Virus record (IMG/VR): IMGVR_UViG_3300036773_000157
Location: 1-43,810 of that record
DNA length: 43,810 bases
Reading direction: 5' to 3' (one strand)
Source of the DNA: a virus
Taxonomy: Duplodnaviria; Caudoviricetes
Shown here: piece by piece, positions 1 through 8,705 of the stretch
Numbering within the stretch: the stretch's first letter is position 1
Layout: every line of letters begins with the position of its first letter
Notes under the pieces: model-generated
Seen by the model: the letters and a program-made list of their open reading frames with translations, nothing else
What the model was told of the DNA's origin: nothing
Database searches by the model: none
Program-made: the position numbers and the translations under genes

Positions 1-20
1 GTCAGCCCTTCCGCAGGTCC

Positions 21-97
<77 letters not shown>

Positions 98-130
98 GCA
101 CTTAGCTGGAATTGGACCTGGCGGTTTTGA

Positions 131-1192
131 TCATGGTTTTGCATCCTTCGTTCGCGAGGCGTGCTCGTCCATGCGGCGGATGCGGTCGAGCAGCAGCTCG
201 TCCTTCTTCACGTAGCGGTCGATCAGGGTCTCCACGTAGTCCTCGGACCAGCCCATGACCTCGGCGATCTCGCGGATCGTCAGGCCCGATCCGTAGAACT
301 TGGTGGCGGCCGTGCCGCGCAGGTCATGGAAGTGCAGGTCGTCGATCCCGGCCTTGTCGCAGGCCTTCCCCCAGCTGGAGCCGAACCCGGTGCGCCACGG
401 CTGGCCTTCGGTCGTCACCAGGTAGGTCGTGGCGGCCTTGCGTTTGGGCAGGGCGTCCAGGTACTCGCGCAGCTCGGCGTAGAGCGGAATGATCACAGCG
501 CGGCCGGGGCGCCCATTGCGGCCCTTGTTCGAGCGGATCTCCAGGCTGTTGGGCTTGCGGTGCGCCGGGCCCAGCCGCAACAGCACGGACCGGCGCAGGC
601 CCGTGAGCCCGGCCAGGGTCGCGGCCTCGACGATCTCTTTCGAGGCGCTCTCCGCCAGCTTGGCGAGGTCGGCCGCGCGCCAGATCAGGCCGCTGCGGTC
701 GCTGTCGTAGATGCCGACGATGCCGGCGCAGACGTTGTTGAGCAGCTTGCCCTCGGCCTGACCGAAGCTCAGCAGCCGCGAGAGCACCTGCACGCCCATG
801 TCGGCCGCGCGCGGGGTGGCGGCGTGGCGGTCGCGCCACTTGGTGATGATCGGCCGGATCTGCGGGCGGTCGAAGTGCTCGATGCGCAACTCGCCGAATT
901 CGGTCTGGATGCGGTCGAGCCAAGTGGTCCAGCTGGCCTTGGTCTTGGCGCTGATCGGCTTGGGCCCGCGGCCGTTCCAGGCGTCCGAGGCGCGGAACAT
1001 GGCGCACAGCCCCGAGAGGCGGCTCCTGTCGCCGGTCTTGCGGCTGTCGTGGGCGTTCCTGAGGTCGGCGAGGAATTCGGCGCTGCCGGGCTCACCGCGC
1101 AGCCTGGGGGCGCCCTTGCCCCTCCATGCGTAATAGTAGGTGCGGCCCTTCGCGCGAACGACGTAGACGCCCTTGAGGTCAATCATAGCCAT
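131..1192 (-). CDS. int: Tyrosine recombinase/phage integrase
   Basis: Motifs TGLRRS (R), HFHDLRGT (HxxR), MGWS and C-terminal RYV (Y); N-terminal arm-binding-like YYYAWRG; adjacent to tRNA. Start set at ATG 1192 (1186 also possible). Confidence 0.93.
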   Translation of the reverse strand: MAMIDLKGVYVVRAKGRTYYYAWRGKGAPRLRGEPGSAEFLADLRNAHDSRKTGDRSRLSGLCAMFRASDAWNGRGPKPISAKTKASWTTWLDRIQTEFGELRIEHFDRPQIRPIITKWRDRHAATPRAADMGVQVLSRLLSFGQAEGKLLNNVCAGIVGIYDSDRSGLIWRAADLAKLAESASKEIVEAATLAGLTGLRRSVLLRLGPAHRKPNSLEIRSNKGRNGRPGRAVIIPLYAELREYLDALPKRKAATTYLVTTEGQPWRTGFGSSWGKACDKAGIDDLHFHDLRGTAATKFYGSGLTIREIAEVMGWSEDYVETLIDRYVKKDELLLDRIRRMDEHASRTKDAKP

Positions 1193-1379
1193 GCCGCTTG
1201 CCCCACTCCGCCAGCTCGTCGTCGAGCGGGGCGGTCGGGGCCAATTCGTTGCCGTTCGCCGGCAGCACGTCAACACTGCCGTCAGGGCGCAGGCGGAAGC
1301 CGCCGAAGGGTACGCCCTCAGCCTCCATCGCCTTTTTGGCGCGGCGCATCTGCGCCTGACTGACGGCGGGCTTGTTCAC
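1179..1379 (-). CDS. Small protein upstream of integrase, putative excisionase/RDF
   Basis: 66 aa, overlaps the int start; pattern SQAQMRRA..A...G....FRLRPDGSV is typical of small int-adjacent alphaproteobacterial prophage proteins. Function inferred from position. Confidence 0.55.
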   Translation of the reverse strand: MNKPAVSQAQMRRAKKAMEAEGVPFGGFRLRPDGSVDVLPANGNELAPTAPLDDELAEWGKRHGYD

Positions 1380-1462
1380 GGCAGGATTCGCCAGCCCACA
1401 GCCTTGAGGGCGCGGACGGTGCGCTCGACCTCGGATTGGGTGAAGGCGGCCTTGCGGGTCAC
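1376..1462 (-). pseudogene. 28-codon stub resembling the N-terminus of an xis-like protein
   Basis: GTG start overlapping the upstream stop (GTGA); VTRKAAFTQSEVERTVRALKAVGWRILP*; its stop overlaps the next start. Confidence 0.4.
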
Positions 1463-2109
1463 GGGCGTTTCCGAAGCTGCCGCGCGCGGTGCTCGACCTT
1501 CGCCAGCGTCAGCAGGGCGGGCTTCATCTCCAGGGCCGCGCCGTCGTAGGCCGGGCGCCGCTTGTGCGGACCGCCGTTCAGGGCCGGGAGCAGGGCGCGG
1601 GGCACGAGCTCCCAATTGGCCGGATCGGTGTTGGTCCGGTCGCTGTCCAGGGCCTTCAGGCAATAACCGTCCGGCACGGCGCCGCGGGCGGCCTCCCACA
1701 GCCAGACGTGCTTGAGCACATATCGCCGCTCGTAGCCGGTATAGGGGTTCGTCTCCTTGACGCTGATCTCGATGTAGCCGTCGACGGTGACACGCTCGTG
1801 GCCGGCCCACTTGGTGTTGTGAGGCAGGCCGCCCTTCTTGAACTGCGTCTTGCGCGCGTTGGGGTGACTACCGCCCGTCCCGGGCGCGCAGGCCTTGCCT
1901 TTGTTCGCCGGGGCCGAACCCTTCTCGAAGCAGCCGGTCCGCCCGGTCTTCCAGCCCCTGCGCTTGCGCGGGGCGTGGAGGTTCGGCGCCGACACGTCAC
2001 GCCCGAACGCCTCGCAGAACGCGCGGTGATAGTCGCCGATCGGCAGAAGCCGGTTGGCCTCCAGCCAGGCCATCTCGGCGGCGCTATAGCTGATCCAGTG
2101 GCCCTTCAC
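1459..2109 (-). CDS. HNH-family endonuclease-like protein (degenerate active site)
   Basis: GRTGCFEKG..PANKG / QFKKG..PHN repeats, GHERVTVDGYIEI, KHVWLWEAARGAVPDGY...DSDRTNTDPANWELV; GTG start coupled to the upstream stop. Confidence 0.75.
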   Translation of the reverse strand: MKGHWISYSAAEMAWLEANRLLPIGDYHRAFCEAFGRDVSAPNLHAPRKRRGWKTGRTGCFEKGSAPANKGKACAPGTGGSHPNARKTQFKKGGLPHNTKWAGHERVTVDGYIEISVKETNPYTGYERRYVLKHVWLWEAARGAVPDGYCLKALDSDRTNTDPANWELVPRALLPALNGGPHKRRPAYDGAALEMKPALLTLAKVEHRARQLRKRP

Positions 2110-2345
2110 GGCTTGTCCGCCCCGATCATCGGCAGGTGCGGCCGGAAACGCTCCCCGTGGGTGGCGAGGATGGTGACCGCCTTCAGCTGCAGGTCGGCGT
2201 TGCGGACGATCTGCTCGGCGACGTCGACGATCGCATCCGTGCGGCTGACCTCCTGCGCGATCTGCTCGGCGGTGAGGCTCTCGTCCGACAGCCGCTCGAG
2301 CTGGGCGAACAGGTGGTCGTTGAGGTCGGCGAGCTTGTTCTTCAC
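2106..2345 (-). CDS. Conserved phage hypothetical protein (usually upstream of this HNH type)
   Basis: MKNKLADLNDHLFAQLERLSDE pattern; coupled at both ends. Confidence 0.8.
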   Translation of the reverse strand: MKNKLADLNDHLFAQLERLSDESLTAEQIAQEVSRTDAIVDVAEQIVRNADLQLKAVTILATHGERFRPHLPMIGADKP

Positions 2346-2851
2346 CCCGCCCCCCCTTGCTGAGATTGGTCGGCTGCTTGAGAGTCGAGACGGGCGTCGC
2401 CGTAGCCCCGGGATGGCCCCTGTTCTCCCTCTCGTGGCTCGTCTTGGTCACGGGGCGGAGGGCTTCGCTGTTCCTGAGCCTGCGCCAGCTTGGCGTGGAG
2501 GATCGCAGAAAGGATGGCGAGGGCGGGTGTGGCGGGACTTTCGCCGGCGCCCAGCACTTCGTCTGACCCGAACAGCAACTGCGCCCCATACAGCGCCTCA
2601 GTGCCGCGCAGCTGGCCCTTTCCGACAAGCCACCAGCACCCGAGCAGCACCCGTTCAGCCAGGGCGAGAGCGGCGTCTACGGAGGCGGTAAGTGGCGGCA
2701 GATAGTTGAAGTCATCGCCGCACGGCTTCGGGTTTATCTCAACGCTGTAGGTTACGGTGATGCGCATGGCGCGAGCGATGTCGGCATCCAGCTCTAGACA
2801 TGGTCCCGTCGCCGCCTCAACCCGCTCGATGAGACCTTGAAGATCAGACAT
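2342..2851 (-). CDS. Phage hypothetical protein
   Basis: LIERVEAATGP..ELDADIA...LTASVDAALALAERVL...TPALAIL pattern; coupled stop/start. Confidence 0.7.
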   Translation of the reverse strand: MSDLQGLIERVEAATGPCLELDADIARAMRITVTYSVEINPKPCGDDFNYLPPLTASVDAALALAERVLLGCWWLVGKGQLRGTEALYGAQLLFGSDEVLGAGESPATPALAILSAILHAKLAQAQEQRSPPPRDQDEPREGEQGPSRGYGDARLDSQAADQSQQGGAG

Positions 2852-2917
2852 TGCGGTCGTCCGCTCCCTCTATCGCCGGGCGGGGGTCCTCTTGGTCACG
2901 GGGGCGGAGGGCTTCGC
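2442..2917. repeat. 27/28-bp direct repeat pair (2442-2468 and 2890-2917)
   Basis: TCTTGGTCACGGGG(G)CGGAGGGCTTCGC, identical except for one G indel. Confidence 0.9.
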
Positions 2918-3281
2918 GAGCGCGCCTAAAGTCGCCGTAGGTCAGGCCGAACTTTATCGCGCAGGTTTCGTTGTCGGGCGCGCCGCAGCCCTTGAAATTT
3001 TCCGCGATGGTCGCGAACGGCTCCAGCGCCTCCCGCATCCCCTGCTCGCGGATGTTGGCGGCTTGGAGTTGGGCCTCGGCGGGGTGGGGCGGATATTCGT
3101 CAACCGGGAAATGGGCAACGATACTCACGCGCTCCGCTAGCGAGAACCGATCATCCTTTGCCTGCCGCACAAGCCATCGAACCCATCCTCGCGCTACGTC
3201 GCGATCCTCCTGAACTGCGTGAAACTTCGCAGCTAAGGCTCGCCGGGCTTCGGCCTCCAGCCGTTCCGCGTGATCACCCAT
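2844..3281 (-). CDS. Phage hypothetical protein
   Basis: ATG in a TAATG overlap with the upstream stop; part of a coupled gene run. Confidence 0.65.
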   Translation of the reverse strand: MGDHAERLEAEARRALAAKFHAVQEDRDVARGWVRWLVRQAKDDRFSLAERVSIVAHFPVDEYPPHPAEAQLQAANIREQGMREALEPFATIAENFKGCGAPDNETCAIKFGLTYGDFRRAREALRPRDQEDPRPAIEGADDRNV

Positions 3282-3517
3282 TACCAATCGCCCCCATCGT
3301 TCGGGATACTGACGCTATCGAGAAGGTAAGCCGGGTCCACGGCCTCGTGACCGCCACCGCCGCCGTGAATATGTTCGCCGTCAGGGCCGGCTCGCATGAT
3401 GTGCAAGTCGCCGGACCCGGCGAATAGCCAGATCGACTTCGGCCAGGACTTGGCGAGGCGTTTTAAGGCCCTGATCGCCCGCCGCTCTTCTGGCGTCGGC
3501 TCGATGTCATCACCCAT
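3281..3517 (-). CDS. Phage hypothetical protein
   Basis: 78 aa with globular composition (WPKSIWLF...DGGDW); coupled. Confidence 0.7.
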   Translation of the reverse strand: MGDDIEPTPEERRAIRALKRLAKSWPKSIWLFAGSGDLHIMRAGPDGEHIHGGGGGHEAVDPAYLLDSVSIPNDGGDW

Positions 3518-3809
3518 CGGACCGGTCTTCCAGCGTGGCGGTCCCGCTTGTTGCTAAAGCGTGCCGTTCGCGTGCGATATCGCGCTCTTCCTCAGTGCAG
3601 TCGCTGCGGTGCTCGGGGCAGGCGTAGAACGCACCCTCTCCAGTCGGCGAGCCGTCGTCGCGTGCATAGACGAAACCCCACCCGAAGCGCTTCATGGTGG
3701 CGTAGTCCGTGTCTGGAATTTCGTTTTCGCATGGGCATCGGGTGGCGTGACCCTCAGGCCAACATTGAACACCGTTGGCCCTGGCCTTCTGTGCGGGGTC
3801 AGGCGTCAT
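3510..3809 (-). CDS. Cys-containing phage hypothetical protein
   Basis: 99 aa with CPC and CPEH motifs; overlaps the next gene. Confidence 0.6.
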   Translation of the reverse strand: MTPDPAQKARANGVQCWPEGHATRCPCENEIPDTDYATMKRFGWGFVYARDDGSPTGEGAFYACPEHRSDCTEEERDIARERHALATSGTATLEDRSDG

Positions 3810-3839
3810 GGTCGGCTCCGGGGTGGTGGGGTTGGGGCT

Positions 3840-4160
3840 TCACGAAACCTCTCCGTCGGTGATGTAGCCATGCCAGCCGGAGCATTGACCGTCACCGCGC
3901 TTGTGGGCCGGCGTGTTGAGGCTTGGCGTGAGCGAGAGGGTGTCCCAGTCGCGGTGCGGCCCCTGCGTCGCCGTCCAGATCCGCTCCGAGCACTTGTTGC
4001 CCTGCGCATCTGTCCACTCAACGTCGCCATGCGGTCTCGACCAGATGGCGTGCCGCAGGCGCAGCTTGCGACAGGTCGGGCAGAGGAATGTGAACCGCTG
4101 ATAGCCGCGCGCGTTCGGCGACCAGTTTTCCATGATCGGCTCAAGTTCGGTCAGGCGCAT
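3840..4160 (-). CDS. Small Cys/His protein, DUF6527-like
   Basis: FLCPTC ... W....TLSLTPSL.....C.GWHGYITDG; ATG in a TGATG overlap with SD GGAGG. Confidence 0.6.
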   Translation of the reverse strand: MRLTELEPIMENWSPNARGYQRFTFLCPTCRKLRLRHAIWSRPHGDVEWTDAQGNKCSERIWTATQGPHRDWDTLSLTPSLNTPAHKRGDGQCSGWHGYITDGEVS

Positions 4161-4711
4161 CACCCCTCCTCCCGAGGCGCTGAGGTTTTGAGGAGGGCGG
4201 CTCCTGATTGCTCCTTGGCGGATCGCAACTCTGAACGTAGCTCCATCCAGAGTTTTCCCAACATATTGAGGCCCGTTTTGTCTTCGCCCCAACCCCAGTA
4301 GTCGTCGCGCCAGGAATCCTCGATCAGTTCACGGTCGCCGGTCGCCAGGAGTTTGCGGCGGACGTACTCGTGCTGGGACGCCTTTTGGCGCAAGATTTCC
4401 AGCATAAAGCCCACCTTCACTTCGTCCCAATCAGGCCGGCGGCAGTGCTTCATCTCCTGAGCAGTCTTGAAGGCCTCGTGCGCCGATGGTGCGCGGCGGA
4501 TACGGCGTCGAAGCGGGATGTTCTCGTCGCCGGGGAATTTTAGCCAATGGTAGAGCGCTTCCGACGTATCGAAGCGCAGCCCGTCCCACATCAGCGTGAA
4601 CGCTGAGAAGTTCGACAGCACGTAGAAGTCTTGCTCGTAGAAGAACACCTGAGCGTCCGTGTCGAGTTTGTGAGTTTCCATCACCCCTCTCTCCGAGGCG
4701 CTGAGGCTTTG
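4158..4711. repeat. 33-bp imperfect direct repeats (4158-4190 and 4679-4711) flanking the NADAR gene
   Basis: CATCACCCCTCCTCCCGAGGCGCTGAGGTTTTG vs CATCACCCCTCTCTCCGAGGCGCTGAGGCTTTG (29/33). On the minus strand each copy carries SD, stop and the next ATG. Confidence 0.9.
4160..4681 (-). CDS. NADAR (YbiA-like) family protein
   Basis: LSNF, TSEALYHWLKF, RPDWDEVK, LLATGDRELIEDSWRDDYWG, GLNMLGKLWMELR match NADAR hallmark motifs. Confidence 0.9.
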   Translation of the reverse strand: METHKLDTDAQVFFYEQDFYVLSNFSAFTLMWDGLRFDTSEALYHWLKFPGDENIPLRRRIRRAPSAHEAFKTAQEMKHCRRPDWDEVKVGFMLEILRQKASQHEYVRRKLLATGDRELIEDSWRDDYWGWGEDKTGLNMLGKLWMELRSELRSAKEQSGAALLKTSAPREEG

Positions 4712-5355
4712 CGAACGGGTGTCCCCGCTGTTTTCACACCCGGCGGGGACTTGATAGCCGAGCATCCGCAGATTGTGCAGCGGGTCATCTCCCGCAGCGC
4801 GCTATTGCGCTCGTCCTCCAGCTCGGCGATGCGGTCTTTGGCCGCTTGGAGTTCGGAGGCGGCGGCTTCGGCGCGAACCTCTGCAAGCCTGCGCAGCGCA
4901 TACTCGGTGGCGCGAGCAATGGAGGCCTCGTCAGCGACCTCGTTCAGCTTGACGAGCTCGTCGCCACCGCGTTCGCGCAGCCCTTCTAACCAACCACGAT
5001 GATGGGCGTCGGTTGCGGCTTCATCGTCGTTCCGATGGCAGCTATCAACCAAGCTGAGGGCGGCGATGTCGTCGGCGGAGAGCGTGCGGCCTTCCTTGAA
5101 GCCATAGACCTGCATCGTCGCGTCTTCGAGGGCGTCCCACTCCTCCTCGGAGCGGTCGATCATTTCGTCGATCTTCGGCTTTAGTAGCTCGGCGATGCGG
5201 TCCTGATCTGTGTGGATATAGAGCGGCTGCACAAGGTTCCCCGCGCCCTCGGCTTCTCGCCGTGCCTGCGCTTCGGAGTGGCAGAGTATCCACCCATCCG
5301 CGAAGTCTTTGACGCGCCATGCAACTGGCGACAGAGGGGGGTTGTCCGTTGTCAT
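4681..5355 (-). CDS. Mosaic phage hypothetical protein (Ead/Ea22-like character)
   Basis: PVAWRV N-terminus, DRIAEL twice, coiled-coil C-terminus with CxxC. Confidence 0.65.
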   Translation of the reverse strand: MTTDNPPLSPVAWRVKDFADGWILCHSEAQARREAEGAGNLVQPLYIHTDQDRIAELLKPKIDEMIDRSEEEWDALEDATMQVYGFKEGRTLSADDIAALSLVDSCHRNDDEAATDAHHRGWLEGLRERGGDELVKLNEVADEASIARATEYALRRLAEVRAEAAASELQAAKDRIAELEDERNSALREMTRCTICGCSAIKSPPGVKTAGTPVRKASAPRREG

Positions 5356-5531
5356 GGCTGGGGGCTTCTGGGTTGGGGATGGGGTAACGGCTCGGTCTTC
5401 CCTGCGAACGCCGTTCGCGCCTGGCTTCCCGCTGCTGTGATGGTGACCACCGCCTCCCAGCGCTTGGGCGCGTCCGCAGGGTCACGCATATGGGCCCGGC
5501 CTCTCGGCGTCCGCCCGGGGGTCTCGTCCAT
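5352..5531 (-). CDS. Small hypothetical protein
   Basis: ATG overlaps the ASCH stop (TGATG) and its stop overlaps the next ATG (ATGA). Confidence 0.4.
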   Translation of the reverse strand: MDETPGRTPRGRAHMRDPADAPKRWEAVVTITAAGSQARTAFAGKTEPLPHPQPRSPQP

Positions 5532-6025
5532 CACGCCCACCCGACGCGCGCGCAGATCTCGAGATGATCCAGCCGCCGGCCGACCCGTGCGTCGAGATCT
5601 TCCGGCGGCGTCCAGTTGAACAGTCCCTGTCGCCCGATGGCCGGGATCGGCTCGCCAAGCGGCCGGACGTCGGCGAGCGCCCAGGCGAAGCGGCCGGCGG
5701 TATAGTCGCCTGACGCTTCGTCGGCGCGCGTGATGTGTTCGACGACGGCGTCGGTGCGGCGGCAGGTCCGCAGTCGCGCGATCGCCACCACCATGCCCAG
5801 CGGGCATTGCTCCCACCAGGCCTGGCCGATGGCGCGGTGGCAGAGCCGCGCCGGCGCGCCGGCATAGTCGATGGTCTTGGCGGCGTGGATCGCGATCGGG
5901 CCGCGGTGCTCGGTGGACCAATGGCGTGTCTCGTGGGCCTTGAGCCCGAGCGCGACGAGGGTCGCCCATGGCTGCCAAAGGGAGATCGCCTTCATGGTCC
6001 GGGTGTCGCCGAAGAGGTCGCTCAC
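5531..6025 (-). CDS. ASCH domain protein
   Basis: MKAISLWQPWATLVALGLKAHETRHW...RGPIAIHA, GRFAW, GRQGLFNW (GxKxxETR motif). Confidence 0.88.
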   Translation of the reverse strand: MSDLFGDTRTMKAISLWQPWATLVALGLKAHETRHWSTEHRGPIAIHAAKTIDYAGAPARLCHRAIGQAWWEQCPLGMVVAIARLRTCRRTDAVVEHITRADEASGDYTAGRFAWALADVRPLGEPIPAIGRQGLFNWTPPEDLDARVGRRLDHLEICARVGWA

Positions 6026-6060
6026 GTGGTGTTCCTGTGGTTCGGGGTCTTGGCGCAGGG

Positions 6061-6110
6061 GGCGGCCCGGTGGGCGCGAGGCCGAAGGCTACGAGCCCCA
6101 CCGGGCCGCC
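6061..6110 (-). terminator. Long GC hairpin with cUUCGg loop (terminator or processing site)
   Basis: GGCGGCCCGGTGGG (6061-6074) pairs perfectly with CCCACCGGGCCGCC (6097-6110); GCCTTCGGC apex on the minus transcript; no U tract. Confidence 0.45.
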
Positions 6111-6114
6111 AGGC

Positions 6115-7017
<903 letters not shown>

Positions 7018-7022
7018 GGGGG

Positions 7023-8705
7023 TCAGCTCCAGGTCTTGTGAGAGTGGCCGCAGGCGGCGTTGAGGGCGAATGCGATCAGCTCGGCGCGGGCCGTGGCCAG
7101 GGCGTCGGGAAGCTCGCGGTCGTGATCGCAGACCGCAGCGTCATGGCCCTCGGCCCCGCTGACGCAGCCGGCCTCGACCGTGTTGGCGCGGAACGGCCCG
7201 GCGATGCCGGCGGCGTCGGCCAGGTCTCGGAAGTGCAGCTGGCCGTTGTTGCCGAACAGCCCGGTCGCTATGCCCGCGCGGACTTTCGCTAGAATCTCCG
7301 CAGCTTCGGCGGCTTGCCTCGCGTCCTCGTCATCCTCCCCCTCGGGCATCCCCTCCGCCGGCGGCGTTAAACCGGCGGAGGGGCGCTCGGGCGCCGACGG
7401 GGATGCAGGCCGTGGCGCGGGAGCCGGGGAAGGGACTGCGGCAGGAATGTCGTCGCCACCGGCGGCCGCAGGGGTCGGGGTGTTGAGCCAGTCCGTGGCG
7501 TAGCGGCCGGATTGTTCGGTCTCGCGGATTCGCTCCGACGGCCAGCCCATGGCGGCCAGGGCGGCGAAGTGGGCGTCGGCGTGGATCTCCGGCGCGAGGT
7601 GCGCTTCGGCCAACAGACGGCAGCCCCTCGGCGTGACGCTCGCCCCGATATGGCCGTCGCCCATTGACGTCATGGCCAGACCGGCCTTGATCAGGTTTCC
7701 CCAGTCGCGGTCGAGATAGATCTGTTGAGTGGCATCGACGGACCCCGCGAAAAACCCGGAGCCTGTGGCCGAATACTTCGCGCGAACCTCAACGAGCCGC
7801 AAATATTCCGTTGGGCGAAGGTCGGGTTTGAGCGCCGCCGGCGCGGGGGCGCGCTCCGTCAGCTGTTCGATAGGCTCGACCACCTCGGCCTGCGGCTCCG
7901 GCGCCGCCGCCTTCGGGGTGCGCACCCGCTCGCGCGCCTGTTCCCAGGTGATCAGCCCGCCCTCCAGGTCGGCGAGGTCTTCAGGCGGCAGCTCGGCCAG
8001 CACCTGCAGGCGCACCTGCACGTGGCGCTGCGTGCGCCCGACCCGCCGGGCGATGTCGGCGGTGCCCATTTCGTGCAGCTCCATCAGCCGCCTGAAGGCC
8101 TGGGCTTCCTCCAGCGGCGGCAGGTCGCGCCGCGCCAGGTTCTCCATCACCGCCTCGGTCAGCGCCTGGGCGTCGTCCAGATCGCGCACCGCGCAGGGCA
8201 GGGGATAGTCGGCGCCTACATCGCCCTGCTCGATCAGCCGGCCCACGGCCCGCCAGCGGCGCTCGCCCGAGACGATGCGGAACGGGGCGCCCGGCTCGGC
8301 CGGCGGGCGGACCGTCAGGTTCTGCTGGATGCGCCCCGCATCGAGGATGGCGGAGGCCAAGGCGGCCTCGTCGTCCAGGTCGAAGGTCTTGCGCGGGTTG
8401 AGCCGGTCGGGCGCCAGTTCGGCGTGCACGAAGGTGCGGAACCCGGCCGGCGCGGCCGGGGCCTCGGCGCGGTCGAGGGCGGCGAGGGTGCGATGACCAA
8501 GGTCGATCAGCACGGGGATGGCATGGCCCGGCGCCCCATCGATGTCGATCAGGCCCTCACGCTCCAGGGCCTTGAGGGACTTGCGCAGGTTGTCGGCGTC
8601 GCGGCCGATCAGCCGCGCCAGCCCGCCGACGTTGCCGAAGCCGCCGGCCGACAGCGCCCGCAGCACCTCGGCGTTCTGCACCGCCAGGGCCGTCAGCACG
8701 GTCAT
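7023..8705 (-). CDS. ParB/RepB/Spo0J-family protein with N-terminal HTH
   Basis: LNPRKTFD, IQQNLTVRP, IVSGERRWRA (GxRR CTP motif), ENLARRDLPPLEEAQAF, HTH IARRVGRTQRHV. Confidence 0.88.
   Translation of the reverse strand: MTVLTALAVQNAEVLRALSAGGFGNVGGLARLIGRDADNLRKSLKALEREGLIDIDGAPGHAIPVLIDLGHRTLAALDRAEAPAAPAGFRTFVHAELAPDRLNPRKTFDLDDEAALASAILDAGRIQQNLTVRPPAEPGAPFRIVSGERRWRAVGRLIEQGDVGADYPLPCAVRDLDDAQALTEAVMENLARRDLPPLEEAQAFRRLMELHEMGTADIARRVGRTQRHVQVRLQVLAELPPEDLADLEGGLITWEQARERVRTPKAAAPEPQAEVVEPIEQLTERAPAPAALKPDLRPTEYLRLVEVRAKYSATGSGFFAGSVDATQQIYLDRDWGNLIKAGLAMTSMGDGHIGASVTPRGCRLLAEAHLAPEIHADAHFAALAAMGWPSERIRETEQSGRYATDWLNTPTPAAAGGDDIPAAVPSPAPAPRPASPSAPERPSAGLTPPAEGMPEGEDDEDARQAAEAAEILAKVRAGIATGLFGNNGQLHFRDLADAAGIAGPFRANTVEAGCVSGAEGHDAAVCDHDRELPDALATARAELIAFALNAACGHSHKTWS

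Noticed and set aside
123-141. Two short GGTTTT direct repeats as integrase arm sites
   Set aside because: Plausible but too short to support without attR for comparison.
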